From NCBI GenBank assembly GCA_028718525.1, contig JAQULP010000001.1, forward strand, positions 1,406 through 65,405: 64,000 bases of DNA. The letters run 5' to 3'. This stretch comes from Sulfuricurvum sp. (lineage in GTDB: Bacteria; Campylobacterota; Campylobacteria; Campylobacterales; Sulfurimonadaceae). The notes under the pieces are model-generated. The model did not search any database. It saw only the letters and a list, made by a program, of their open reading frames with translations, and had not been told where the DNA came from. The position numbers and the translations under genes are program-made. Below are positions 21,449 to 31,284 of the stretch, one piece after another (the stretch's first letter is position 1; each line of letters begins with the position of its first letter).

Positions 21449-22570
21449 TTGTCTGATTTGACCCTTGTTTTACTTGCCGCAGGTAATTCAACCCGTTTTA
21501 AAATCCCTGTAAAAAAACAATGGCTTCGTATTGGCCATGATCCTTTATGGCTTTATGTTACAAACCGTATCAAAGAGTCTCTCCCTGATGTTACCATTAT
21601 ACTGTGTGCCCACGCTGACGAAATACCGTTCATTGAACCCTTATGTAACTTTACCGTTGTAGCAGGTGGAAAAACGCGTCAGCAATCCCTTAAAAATGCC
21701 CTTGCAGAGGTTACGACACCGTACGTTATGGTAAGCGATATCGCACGCGCATGCATCAGTCCCGATCTGATTACACGTCTGATAGACCATAAAGAATACG
21801 CCGATACGATTGTTCCGGCTCTTGATCTGCATGATACGATTGTCTACGGTGATGCGACTATTGAACGCGAACGCGTCAAGCGTATCCAAACACCGCAGCT
21901 CTCAAAAACGGATATTTTGCGTCAAGCTCTCGAAACCGAAAATGAATATACCGATGATAGCAGTGCCGTCGTTGCACATGGCGGAACCCGATATTTTGTT
22001 GTTGGTGATCCCCGCGCCGCGAAAATAACCCATACAACCGACACCATGTCCCTGGAGTGTCTTGCCCCTCCCTCGTCGGCAATTTTTACCGGAAACGGTT
22101 TTGACGTCCACCCCTTTGAAGAAGGCAAACCGATGTTTCTTGCAGGGGTTGAAATTGAGAGTTCATTTGGGTTCAAGGCGCACAGTGACGGGGATGTTGC
22201 TATCCATGCCCTCATTGATGCACTCCTTGGTGCAGCATGTTTAGGAGATATCGGTATGCTTTTCCCGGATACGGATGAAAATTATAAAAATATTGATTCA
22301 AAAAAACTTCTGGCACGGTGCATCGAGAAACTCCATCATTTTGGATTTGTTGTCATGCATGCCGATATCACTATTATTGCCCAAACACCGAAAATTTTTC
22401 CCTATAAAAATGCCATGCGTCATACCCTCGCCACACTACTCAATATTCCCGCTTCACGTGTCAATGTCAAAGCCACGACGACGGAGCATTTAGGCTTTAT
22501 AGGGCGAAAAGAAGGGGTTGGTGTCATTGCGACCGCCTCAGTACACTATTTTGATTGGAAAAACGGATGA
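21449..22570 (+). CDS. ispDF: Bifunctional IspD/IspF (MEP pathway)
   Basis: LLAAG.STRF...KQW, GG.TRQ.S, D.AR, IQTPQ and TDD (IspD); G.GFDVH, HSDGDV..HA..DA.LGA and KATTTE (IspF); TTG start after AGGA. Confidence 0.95.
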   Translation: MSDLTLVLLAAGNSTRFKIPVKKQWLRIGHDPLWLYVTNRIKESLPDVTIILCAHADEIPFIEPLCNFTVVAGGKTRQQSLKNALAEVTTPYVMVSDIARACISPDLITRLIDHKEYADTIVPALDLHDTIVYGDATIERERVKRIQTPQLSKTDILRQALETENEYTDDSSAVVAHGGTRYFVVGDPRAAKITHTTDTMSLECLAPPSSAIFTGNGFDVHPFEEGKPMFLAGVEIESSFGFKAHSDGDVAIHALIDALLGAACLGDIGMLFPDTDENYKNIDSKKLLARCIEKLHHFGFVVMHADITIIAQTPKIFPYKNAMRHTLATLLNIPASRVNVKATTTEHLGFIGRKEGVGVIATASVHYFDWKNG

Positions 22571-23454
22571 ATATACTCATTATTGAAAACGAGATCTATT
22601 TGGCGCAAAGTATCGCATCTAAACTAAGCGATCTTAGCCATAACTGTGACATCTCCAGTTCAACGAAAGAGGGGCTTCGTGGTATTCCCTATGATGTCAT
22701 TCTCCTCTCAACCAATATTAGCGGACAAGATATTTATCCCGTAATTGATGCCTATAAAAATGCCGTTGTCATCTTAATGGTCAGCTATATCAGTAACGAT
22801 ACGGTCTCCAAACCGCTTGCGGCCGGAGCAAAAGATTATATACTTAAGCCATTTATGATCGAAGAGCTAATACGGAAAATACAACATTTTCAGAATCATG
22901 AAAAACTGCGCCGCCAAAATCAGACGTATGAGCGTTATCTTGCCCATACCTTTAATTCGATCAACGTCAATGAAGATTTGAGTAAAATCGAGCTTCCCCT
23001 TTTTATTTGCAGCGGATATCAAAAATATGCCGACGCATTTGCATTTCGCTATGCCGCGCATCATGACAAGCCGTTACAATTTATCTCACTCACATCCGCA
23101 AAAGCTTTTAGCGATATAGCTGCTCTCAACGATGATTCAATCATCTATATTACCGATTTTCAAAATCTTAAAAAAAGTGACCATAAAACTTTTTACGAAC
23201 TTATCGCTTCCAAAACCTGTATTGTATCCGGGACAGACCCAATCGATACGCCTCCCTTTAAATTGATAGAAATTGAAAGTGAAAACCATCTCTTTGATCA
23301 GGGGGAAATCCTACCGATTGAAGAGTATGTCAAATACATTATGATCCATTTTCAAAATCGTTTTCCGGATACGGAACTCTCAAAAAAACTCGGTATTTCA
23401 CGCAAAAGTTTATGGGAAAAGAGAAAAAAATATGGCATCGTCAAGAAAAAATAG
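22567..23454 (+). CDS. cemR: Atypical response regulator, HP1021/Cj1608 (CemR) family
   Basis: REC domain with Ser at the phospho-Asp position (YDVILLSTN), Cys27, C-terminal Fis-like HTH 'PDTELSKKLGISRKSLWEKRKK'; position after ispDF as in Helicobacter and Campylobacter. Confidence 0.85.
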   Translation: MNILIIENEIYLAQSIASKLSDLSHNCDISSSTKEGLRGIPYDVILLSTNISGQDIYPVIDAYKNAVVILMVSYISNDTVSKPLAAGAKDYILKPFMIEELIRKIQHFQNHEKLRRQNQTYERYLAHTFNSINVNEDLSKIELPLFICSGYQKYADAFAFRYAAHHDKPLQFISLTSAKAFSDIAALNDDSIIYITDFQNLKKSDHKTFYELIASKTCIVSGTDPIDTPPFKLIEIESENHLFDQGEILPIEEYVKYIMIHFQNRFPDTELSKKLGISRKSLWEKRKKYGIVKKK

Positions 23455-24625
23455 AGCCCTTTACATTGACCAGGAGGCTGTTTCAGCCTTAATCTTGCTA
23501 AAATCTGGGATGTTAAGCCCGGTTACGGAGCTGATGAATGCAGAACAGAGCAAAGAGGTCCTTAGCAGCGGAATGTTTATGGGGAAAACATTTCCCTTTC
23601 CCCTAATACTCTCCCCAAGCGGTAAAGTTAATGAAACGATATTAACAACCACCCAGAAAGGAGAGATCCTCGACCTTATCTGTGACAATGCAATTATCGG
23701 AGAGCTGAACGTCGATGAAGTTTATTCTATTGATCCGCAAGAACGGCTTCGTCAAATTTACGGAACCGAGGACGTATCCCATCCTGGTGTCAGTGCTACC
23801 CACAAACGACTAGGAAAATACGCAATCTGCGGTGACTATACGATTGATTATTCTTCGGCACAATCAATTCAAAAAAAGATTGCCGAAGCCAAAGAACAAA
23901 TAGGGGCAAAACATACTACCGCCCTGTTCATGGCCGCCAACCCTTTGCATCGTGCACATGAGCGCCTTATTCGTCAAAGTCTGGAGCGGACTGACCTAAT
24001 CGTCATCTTTTTGCTCAAACCTTACAACAATACCGATTTAAAATACGATCTCCGCTATCAAACGTTGGAGTTTTTTGTCCAAAACTATCTCCCGCGAAAT
24101 CGAGTAATTATCGTTCCGTTGGAAAGCAGTTATATTTTTGCCGGATGCAATGAAGTCATCCTTGATGCTATTGTGGCAAAAAACTATGGATGTGATCGCC
24201 TGATGATTGGTCAAAATCATGCCGGAATCGGTATGTATTATGACCATCACAATGCTAATAAATCCATTGTTGACCGTTTAGTCGGAATCAATATTGAAGT
24301 CGGTGTCGCCAGTGAATACGTCTACTGTAATCAATGTAAAACTCTAGTCAGTGTCCAAACCTGTCCGCATGGTCACCATCACCACATTTCTTACCATGCT
24401 GAATCTATCTTAGAATTGATGCAGCAAGGGTTGCTTCCTCCTGCCGTTTTAGTCCGAAAAGAGATATCGGCTATGATCGTTGCCTCTCTTTATCCGAATC
24501 GGTTTAAAAATCTAGCCAAACTCTATTATGACATTATGCCGGTCAACGGTCTTCTTGAAGAGCATAGTGAAAAAGATTTTTACGTTGAATTGATGCGTTT
24601 ATACCAAACAACTTCCCTCACCTAA
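23432..24625 (+). CDS. Sulfate adenylyltransferase-like protein (Cj1609-type)
   Basis: PUA-like N-terminus (GMLSP...FPFPLIL), HPGV, NPLHRAHE, KNYGC..IGQNHAG, Zn motif YCNQC...CPH. Confidence 0.8.
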   Translation: MASSRKNRALYIDQEAVSALILLKSGMLSPVTELMNAEQSKEVLSSGMFMGKTFPFPLILSPSGKVNETILTTTQKGEILDLICDNAIIGELNVDEVYSIDPQERLRQIYGTEDVSHPGVSATHKRLGKYAICGDYTIDYSSAQSIQKKIAEAKEQIGAKHTTALFMAANPLHRAHERLIRQSLERTDLIVIFLLKPYNNTDLKYDLRYQTLEFFVQNYLPRNRVIIVPLESSYIFAGCNEVILDAIVAKNYGCDRLMIGQNHAGIGMYYDHHNANKSIVDRLVGINIEVGVASEYVYCNQCKTLVSVQTCPHGHHHHISYHAESILELMQQGLLPPAVLVRKEISAMIVASLYPNRFKNLAKLYYDIMPVNGLLEEHSEKDFYVELMRLYQTTSLT

Positions 24626-24635
24626 AGGTTAACAG

Positions 24636-25145
24636 ATGAATTTACAATGGTTTTTTCTCACCGTCGGTTATAGCGGGTTATCTCCAAAAGCACCGGGGAC
24701 AGCGGGGACTCTGGTGTCGCTTCCTCTTGGAATTGCCATACTGGTTTATTTCGGGTCTCAAACCCTTTTTTTATCGGCCCTCCTTATTACACTCATCGCC
24801 ATAAAAAGTATTAACCGGTATGAAGAAACTTCACACAATCATGATGACAGCCGAATTGTCATCGACGAACTTGCAGGTATGTGGTTTGCTCTCTCTATTG
24901 CCCCGGGAGTTGGATTAGATTGGGCAGATTTATTCCAATGGCAAAACGGCATTGCACTACAAATTATCCTCAGCTTTCTCTTTTTTAGGCTTTATGACAT
25001 TAAAAAACCTTCTATAATCGGCCGTATTGATCGTGAGACAAAAGGGGGTCTTGGTGTTATGGGGGATGATGTAATTGCGGGATTTGCAGCGGGGATTTCC
25101 GCCGCGATTGTATGGCAAATCATTGTGAAGCTAGGGGTTATCTAG
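24636..25145 (+). CDS. pgpA: Phosphatidylglycerophosphatase A
   Basis: SPKAPGTAGT, IVIDELAGM, FRLYDIKKP and GVMGDDVIAG. Confidence 0.93.
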   Translation: MNLQWFFLTVGYSGLSPKAPGTAGTLVSLPLGIAILVYFGSQTLFLSALLITLIAIKSINRYEETSHNHDDSRIVIDELAGMWFALSIAPGVGLDWADLFQWQNGIALQIILSFLFFRLYDIKKPSIIGRIDRETKGGLGVMGDDVIAGFAAGISAAIVWQIIVKLGVI

Positions 25146-25148
25146 CCC

Positions 25149-25643
25149 CTAAATCATCATTGGGTCATCTGTAGGCTCAATCTCTTCGAAATCTTCAACT
25201 ATCTGATCCAACATTTTCTGCGTCTTTTTAATTTTTGCTATATTTTCATCAAAAAAAGGTTTTGAAGCCGGAAATGTTTCTGAAAGTTCCTGATAGATTA
25301 AAATACGTCCACCAAAATGGCGATTGAATTCATTAAAAGCTTTTCGTAAATACTCTTTTGAAGTCGTATGGCGGAAAAGTGCCTTAATCATCCTTTTTCG
25401 TTCTTTAATAGGTATCGATTCATCAATAGCTTCGGCAACCCGTTTAATATCTAAACGTGAAAAGTAAGCACCGCTATGGAAAGGGGCCAAAAGTTTATCT
25501 GCTAATTCATCTACAAATGCGGGGACCGGTTCATCATCGGGCGTGGCATCTTGTTGCGTCTGATCACACTCGCCGCTATCACAGTCTCCGCGTATAAATT
25601 TGTCAAATTCGGCTTTCAAATCACTTAAATCATGGGTATTCAT
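25149..25643 (-). CDS. Hypothetical acidic helical protein, last gene of the molybdoenzyme accessory operon
   Basis: 164-aa ORF overlapping the upstream stop (ATGA) with AGGAG RBS; N-terminal CDSGEC. Confidence 0.7.
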   Translation of the reverse strand: MNTHDLSDLKAEFDKFIRGDCDSGECDQTQQDATPDDEPVPAFVDELADKLLAPFHSGAYFSRLDIKRVAEAIDESIPIKERKRMIKALFRHTTSKEYLRKAFNEFNRHFGGRILIYQELSETFPASKPFFDENIAKIKKTQKMLDQIVEDFEEIEPTDDPMMI

Positions 25644-26083
25644 TCTCTTTCTCCTGTGGTTAAATCATAAATGTACTGACACATTGAACGTAAGGCTATA
25701 TCGTCTTGAAAATCACCTCTATCCGCATATTCCGTAAGTGCCCTAGGCATGATCAAATCTCCGAATAATTTTCCGTTTTCAATGGTAATAAAATCACAAT
25801 AGCCGCTCTCACTTGCTTCCATAGAGGCATGATCTACCAACAACAATGCTTCTTCTTGATATTCGCTTGAAAGTACGGCACCGTTCAATTTTGATGTACG
25901 CATTTGTGAAATTGTAAAAGCAACATCATCGGGACGGATATTCATCGGAATAATCATCGCATTAATTTCATTCCCTTTATACAGCTTGTTCAGTGTTACT
26001 GAAAATCGGCTGCTATGTGCTTCCTCAGCAATATATCCATACAGTTTAGTTTCAACGGTAATGGAGTTATCATTATTCATCAT
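25640..26083 (-). CDS. Degenerate stand-alone shikimate dehydrogenase N-terminal (substrate-binding) domain protein
   Basis: TKLYGYIAEEAHSSRF...N.LYK...INAMIIPMNI.PDD...LNGAVL...EEAL..VD..S.EA..SG..D.I.IENGKLFG follows the AroE N-domain pattern by eye; there is no Rossmann domain. Confidence 0.65.
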   Translation of the reverse strand: MMNNDNSITVETKLYGYIAEEAHSSRFSVTLNKLYKGNEINAMIIPMNIRPDDVAFTISQMRTSKLNGAVLSSEYQEEALLLVDHASMEASESGYCDFITIENGKLFGDLIMPRALTEYADRGDFQDDIALRSMCQYIYDLTTGERE

Positions 26084-27178
26084 TTACATTATCCCCCATA
26101 GCTCACGAGCTTCTTCATCTTCCAATCGACATCGACGACATATACGTTCCCCCGCTACAGAACTGAAAAGTCCATCACATTCATCGCAGCGTCGCACCGA
26201 AAACGTAATAAGATTTTGTACTTTTGGTTCATACCACTCTTTTAGATTATACGAAGAAGACAAGGTTATAGCATCACTCTCGCACACATCATGACACAAA
26301 TGGCATTTTACGCACAAGAATGGATCAAAATCTATTTTTGAATTACGCAAATCGGAAGTTAATGCACCTGTTGGACATACCCGATAACACATTTCACAAG
26401 CGGTACATTTGCCCTCATCCATTATCTTTTGAGAGGTAAAATCAATTTTTCCACTATCTACAATATGATACCGTGATGGTTTTTCCAAACGTTTTAATGA
26501 GGTAAAAAAAAGTTTACGGCGATCGGTAATTTTTTTTGTCCTGATCTCTTTGGTATGAGAACTATCAATCAGTGTTTCAACAAACATATCCGTTGATTTT
26601 TGAACCTCTTTTTCGAAGTCCCCTCGAATTTTTCCTATCCTGCTCAGATGAAATGTTTTAAAAAAGTCTCTTCTCCCTTTTTCATTTTCAGGAGCAGAAA
26701 TGTTATAAGCGACTTCACTTAATTCAACTTGATACGGTGATTCTATCGCCTCAAGAAGGTAATTCGTGTGATCATATCTTTCCTGAATCACTTTAAGGAC
26801 CTTCTCCCCTATTTCACAGTTTGAACAATGACCGATATCTAGTGTCAGCCCTTTTTTAAGCCCACATAGCGATAAAAGTTGTTCAGAAGAGAGTGCTGAA
26901 ATACAGGGGATATTTTTTTGACACGAAATCAAATTCCCCTCTTCCGATGCGAATGAAAAGAAAAATTCTGTTGGATTAAAATCATCGAGTGACAATGCTT
27001 CACTTGGACAAACCGCTAGGCATCCTCCACATCCGACACAGAGCGACTGATTAATGGAAGGTAATCTGCCGTTTAACGTAATCGCTGTTGTAGGACAAAT
27101 TTCACTGCAATCATGGCATACTGAATTGATGCTTAATGCACGTACACATTTTGCAGGGGACAGTACTAATAGACTCAC
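26084..27178 (-). CDS. Polyferredoxin (multiple 4Fe-4S) accessory protein of the molybdoenzyme operon
   Basis: CHDCSEICP, CVGCGGCLAVCP, CSNC, CTACEMCYRVCP, CVKCHLCHDVC and CDEC...CRRC. Confidence 0.88.
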   Translation of the reverse strand: MSLLVLSPAKCVRALSINSVCHDCSEICPTTAITLNGRLPSINQSLCVGCGGCLAVCPSEALSLDDFNPTEFFFSFASEEGNLISCQKNIPCISALSSEQLLSLCGLKKGLTLDIGHCSNCEIGEKVLKVIQERYDHTNYLLEAIESPYQVELSEVAYNISAPENEKGRRDFFKTFHLSRIGKIRGDFEKEVQKSTDMFVETLIDSSHTKEIRTKKITDRRKLFFTSLKRLEKPSRYHIVDSGKIDFTSQKIMDEGKCTACEMCYRVCPTGALTSDLRNSKIDFDPFLCVKCHLCHDVCESDAITLSSSYNLKEWYEPKVQNLITFSVRRCDECDGLFSSVAGERICRRCRLEDEEARELWGIM

Positions 27179-27792
27179 GCTTGAACCAAAGCACTCAATG
27201 TTTCGTTATCAGAGAGGATAAATTCCAGTGCCATCTCCGCGGTATCATAATATAATGGAGTACGTGCTTCATATTTCATATTGATCAAATACATCGGGGC
27301 CCATCGTAACAAATGGGTATTTAAAAAATTATGCTGTACCGAAATTAATTCATTAACAGCTTCATGGTCTTTTTCCTCCATCGCTTTGAGTTGAGCCTCA
27401 CACAAATGGTGCATAAATTCCATTTCTATTCCGATATGGTCTGAAGAGACAACACGCGCCACGGTGTAATCAACCAAGAAGTCATACGCACTGTAAATAT
27501 CAGTAACCGGATTAGCCCCTCCGGTTTCAATCATCTGGTCGCTACGTGTATAAAAAGTCTCATAGGGGACTAAATGAAGGAGAGAAAGATTCGTAAAATC
27601 CGGATTTAAATATTCTTCCAAAAGCTGTTTTGCTTCAGTCTTTTCACGTAATTCCCAATCACGCCAATGCGGCATAAATTCTAAAATAATTGTGTCGTTA
27701 CGAACTATTTCTAAACGCTCAACATCCAACTCTTGAAGTAATATTCGTGATAATAACGCATATAAATTACTGCGCGCGATAATTTCATCCAT
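27175..27792 (-). CDS. TorD/DmsD-family redox enzyme maturation chaperone
   Basis: PYETFY, DHIGIEMEFM and FLNTHLLRW motifs. Confidence 0.9.
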   Translation of the reverse strand: MDEIIARSNLYALLSRILLQELDVERLEIVRNDTIILEFMPHWRDWELREKTEAKQLLEEYLNPDFTNLSLLHLVPYETFYTRSDQMIETGGANPVTDIYSAYDFLVDYTVARVVSSDHIGIEMEFMHHLCEAQLKAMEEKDHEAVNELISVQHNFLNTHLLRWAPMYLINMKYEARTPLYYDTAEMALEFILSDNETLSALVQA

Positions 27793-27820
27793 TCGTAATG
27801 ACCTTTAATAAAGTAGCATG

Positions 27821-27852
27821 ATTGTAGCTTATGCGGCTGAAAAGCGCATAAG
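27821..27852 (-). promoter_or_regulatory. Hairpin after the catalytic subunit plus a possible internal -10 (TACAAT) for the accessory genes
   Basis: CTTATGCG/CGCATAAG inverted repeat at 27828-27852; minus-strand GCTACAAT at 27821-27828, about 30 nt before the chaperone ATG. Confidence 0.5.
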
Positions 27853-27882
27853 GAGAGTATATTATAAAGAGGGTATCAAGTC

Positions 27883-30800
27883 TTAAGACTTGATACTTAC
27901 ATCATACGCCGCAGGGTCAAGAGAGACCCATGGTCGTTTGATATGACGAGGACGTCGAATAGTTGAATTTGAATCCAATCCACGGCTTAAATTATCACGC
28001 CATGCTTGGTAAACTTTGAGGTTATTATCATAGTTTACAAAAATGTCACCGATCTTATCACCGGCTTTTGCCGGTTCAAGGATAACTTTTTGGTGCCAGC
28101 AGTGCATTCCGGATACTGGGTCAGGGTGAGCTGCAGCTACAGCATTTTGCCATGAACCGCTCAAACCATCCCACCAGATGTTACCACTGTCACGATTGTA
28201 TTCAGCAAAACGTTCTGCATGGAACGGTTTAATTCCCTCAACATATTTGAGTTTTCCTTCTTTGCCATCCATTTGAATTTCTGCTACAGGCACACCGAAA
28301 CTATTGATTCCGGTGGTTCCGCTGTAATCGTCAATTTTAATTTCTCCGCCTGCACGTCCCGCATTTGCCGGAGATTCTCCCAGGAACTCTTTAGAGGTTA
28401 AATCCGGTTTCGCATTGCTAGATGCTACTTTACCATCAGATACACCATTTGGAATAGTGACCGCATTCGTCAGTTTCCAGCGTCCACCGTGGTGCGAACA
28501 GGCTAATGTACCTGGAAGAACACCTTCAGTCGGTACAGCCATCGCTACGAAATAACCGCTTTCAAGTCCAGAAACTGAGTCTGTAATACGGACACGAATC
28601 GCATCACCACGTTTGAATCCAAGTTTTTTGGCATCCACAGTACTAATCCAGATCGGATCATGGTTTTGACTGATCTCCATCAAATGTTTCGAGTTTGCCG
28701 AACGGGTGTGAATGTTGTACGGCAAACGGAATACTGTATTCAGAGCAAACTCGTTTTCTGCCTTCATATACATATGGTTAACATGCGATACGATATGTGG
28801 CATTTGAACTTTTTCTTCATCATTACGAGGGTAAAATGGAATTGCATATTCTTTCCATTTCCAATCCACAGCCCATTGAGTAAAGAATTCAAGTTTCTTA
28901 CTGAGCGTAGCAAAACCTTCCATCTTTTTACCGTCAATTTCAACACCGATTTTTTTCTCTTTGCCTTCATGGTCTTTAGCTGAGATAACACCACCAGCAC
29001 CGACACTCATACTGCTTGCAGCAAATTTATGTCCGTGAGAAATAACTTCACCGTCTTCAAATTTGAGTTCTCGTTCCATTGCATGGTAGATTTTATCTTC
29101 TTCCAACCATGTACCATGATCGCGCAAATAGGCATAGACTGGGAATTCTTCATTAGCATAACGCGGATCATTCGTTGCTGTCTCTTTAAGTTTCGGCAAG
29201 TTATCCCCGAATGCGGCATCATACCACTCCGCAATCGTTACCGGTTTACCCGGATGACGTTTGGACTCCCACATTTTTTTAACGTTCAAGCTTCCATCAG
29301 GGTCAACGTAGTTAACAACAAGATCGAACATAAATTCGTTCTCTTCCCAAACTTCACCTAAGCCGGCTTTAATATGTGCTTCCAATGTTGCACGATTTGG
29401 ATTTTTAGGTTTCCATCCCGATTTTTCAAGGGCTACGCGTAAAACCGGTTGACGGAAACTTGTCCAGCGTGCCGGAATAGTCGCTTCAGAGTGTTGGTCA
29501 TGACGCTCACCAGCAAGACCGGTAGGCAATACATAGTCCATGTACCAGTTTGTTTCTGACCATACCGGAGATAGGTTAACGGTAAGCTCCATAATCTCTT
29601 CATTTTTAAGTACTTCCAGCCATCGGAATCCGTCCGGATTGATCCACACCGGGTTATACATACGCGGCATGTACAACGCAAGTTTACTTGGAACATTTAA
29701 ACCGCGATCATTCCATTTTTTCTGCCATTCTTTATCACTTAGCAAGTGAGGGAGCAAATAAGAGAGCTCATACGTTGACAATGGCCATTCTGGTGGCCAT
29801 GTAAGTTCGTTCCAGACTTTGACTTTCGGTACATCTGCACCGGCAACGCCTTGACCGACAGTAGAACTTCCGCCTTTACCACCAACAGAAATAACATGCC
29901 AGTGATGAAAGAATGTACCCCCTTCCGTCCCAATTGCACCACGAAGAGCAATTGCAAAATAAGCAGCACGTCCAGACATCCATCCACCACGGTTCCCCGC
30001 AGCTGTTGCACGCCATACATAAGTTGAAATTGCATCACCAGCCCAAATAAACATTTCGTAAAGTTTTTCGAGTTTATACGCCGGTACGTGTGTTTCTTTG
30101 ACAACATACTCAAGAGTGTAAGGGGCATATATCTCTTTAAGGACTTCTAGATAACTCTCGAAATCACGTCCTTCAGGAAGTTTAGAAATATACCCTCTCT
30201 CAACCATGAAATTCAAATATTCGCTATCCCCCATCAGGGTTTCCCAATTGAACCATTTTCTGACAAATTTTTTGTCTGTCATGTTTTCATTCAAAATTCG
30301 GTTAGCTAAGTACAAGTAAATTGCTGTTTCAGTTCCCGGCCATGCAGCGATCCACAAATCAGCCATACCAGCTGAATTGGACATACGCGGGTCCATAACA
30401 ACCATTTTTGCACCTTTTTTACGTGCATCAGCAATATACCCCGCTGCTTGTTGAAAATAGTGCCCTGCATCCGCAGCATGAGACGAGTTTAGGAAAACTA
30501 ATTTTGCATTACCCCAGTCCGGGCTGGTACGGTCGTCATTCGCTGTCCAAATTGTCGGTGTACGACCATTGGATGAACAGATGTTTGTATGTGAATTATA
30601 TGAATCCAGACCCAAAGTTTCCCATACTTGCGGAACGAATCCATTCTCATTCGGGCGTCCGATATGGTACATAACCGATTTACGGGAAAGTTCATCCCCT
30701 TTACGGATTGTGTCACCCATCTTTTTACCGATGGTGCTCATCGCTTCATCCCACGTTGTTCGGATCCATTTACCTTCACCCCGTTTTGAACCCGGAGCAC

Positions 30801-31272
30801 GTTTCAATGGGAACGGAATACGATCCGGATCATACATTTGTGATTGTGTCGCATACCCTTTTGAACAGTTACGACCACGCGATCCCACATGCAATGGATT
30901 ACCCATATACTTTCGTACGGTAAATGTTTTTTTATCAATCCATGCTGTCAATCCGCATGATGCTTCACAGTTTGAACATGCTGTCGGAACAATCATGTAA
31001 TCATTGACTTGAATTCCGTCTGGATTTTCTTCGCTTTGGACACCGTGACGGTTGATACCTCCCCGTTTCCAATCGGTACCGTCAAGTTCTTGAAACCCTT
31101 CCCATTGATCCAAAGGAGGATAAAATGAGAGGCTGTCAGGCGTATTCGTAAATTTACTTTTCTTTACCGATTCTGCAACAGCATCCGTAGAGAATACCCC
31201 TTTTGCAATAGCGGCACCGGCTACAGTCAGCGCGGTTCCTTTTAAAAATGTTCTTCTGCTTTCTAAATACAT
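27883..31272 (-). CDS. Tat-exported molybdopterin (bis-MGD) oxidoreductase catalytic subunit, polysulfide/thiosulfate reductase-like
   Basis: SRRTFLK Tat signal; FS0 motif CSNCEASCG...NCSKG; PDRI..PLKR...GEGKW...WDEA; SHTNICS with probable Cys Mo ligand; DPR.S; SET...D.VLP; C-terminal HTRS.N molybdopterin-binding domain. Confidence 0.9.
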   Translation of the reverse strand: MYLESRRTFLKGTALTVAGAAIAKGVFSTDAVAESVKKSKFTNTPDSLSFYPPLDQWEGFQELDGTDWKRGGINRHGVQSEENPDGIQVNDYMIVPTACSNCEASCGLTAWIDKKTFTVRKYMGNPLHVGSRGRNCSKGYATQSQMYDPDRIPFPLKRAPGSKRGEGKWIRTTWDEAMSTIGKKMGDTIRKGDELSRKSVMYHIGRPNENGFVPQVWETLGLDSYNSHTNICSSNGRTPTIWTANDDRTSPDWGNAKLVFLNSSHAADAGHYFQQAAGYIADARKKGAKMVVMDPRMSNSAGMADLWIAAWPGTETAIYLYLANRILNENMTDKKFVRKWFNWETLMGDSEYLNFMVERGYISKLPEGRDFESYLEVLKEIYAPYTLEYVVKETHVPAYKLEKLYEMFIWAGDAISTYVWRATAAGNRGGWMSGRAAYFAIALRGAIGTEGGTFFHHWHVISVGGKGGSSTVGQGVAGADVPKVKVWNELTWPPEWPLSTYELSYLLPHLLSDKEWQKKWNDRGLNVPSKLALYMPRMYNPVWINPDGFRWLEVLKNEEIMELTVNLSPVWSETNWYMDYVLPTGLAGERHDQHSEATIPARWTSFRQPVLRVALEKSGWKPKNPNRATLEAHIKAGLGEVWEENEFMFDLVVNYVDPDGSLNVKKMWESKRHPGKPVTIAEWYDAAFGDNLPKLKETATNDPRYANEEFPVYAYLRDHGTWLEEDKIYHAMERELKFEDGEVISHGHKFAASSMSVGAGGVISAKDHEGKEKKIGVEIDGKKMEGFATLSKKLEFFTQWAVDWKWKEYAIPFYPRNDEEKVQMPHIVSHVNHMYMKAENEFALNTVFRLPYNIHTRSANSKHLMEISQNHDPIWISTVDAKKLGFKRGDAIRVRITDSVSGLESGYFVAMAVPTEGVLPGTLACSHHGGRWKLTNAVTIPNGVSDGKVASSNAKPDLTSKEFLGESPANAGRAGGEIKIDDYSGTTGINSFGVPVAEIQMDGKEGKLKYVEGIKPFHAERFAEYNRDSGNIWWDGLSGSWQNAVAAAHPDPVSGMHCWHQKVILEPAKAGDKIGDIFVNYDNNLKVYQAWRDNLSRGLDSNSTIRRPRHIKRPWVSLDPAAYDVSIKS

Positions 31273-31284
31273 TATAATTACCTC

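Noticed and set aside
27883-31272. Possible selenocysteine or formate dehydrogenase assignment for the molybdoenzyme
   Set aside because: No in-frame UGA, no FDH (C/U)H motif, and the partner is an NrfD-type anchor.
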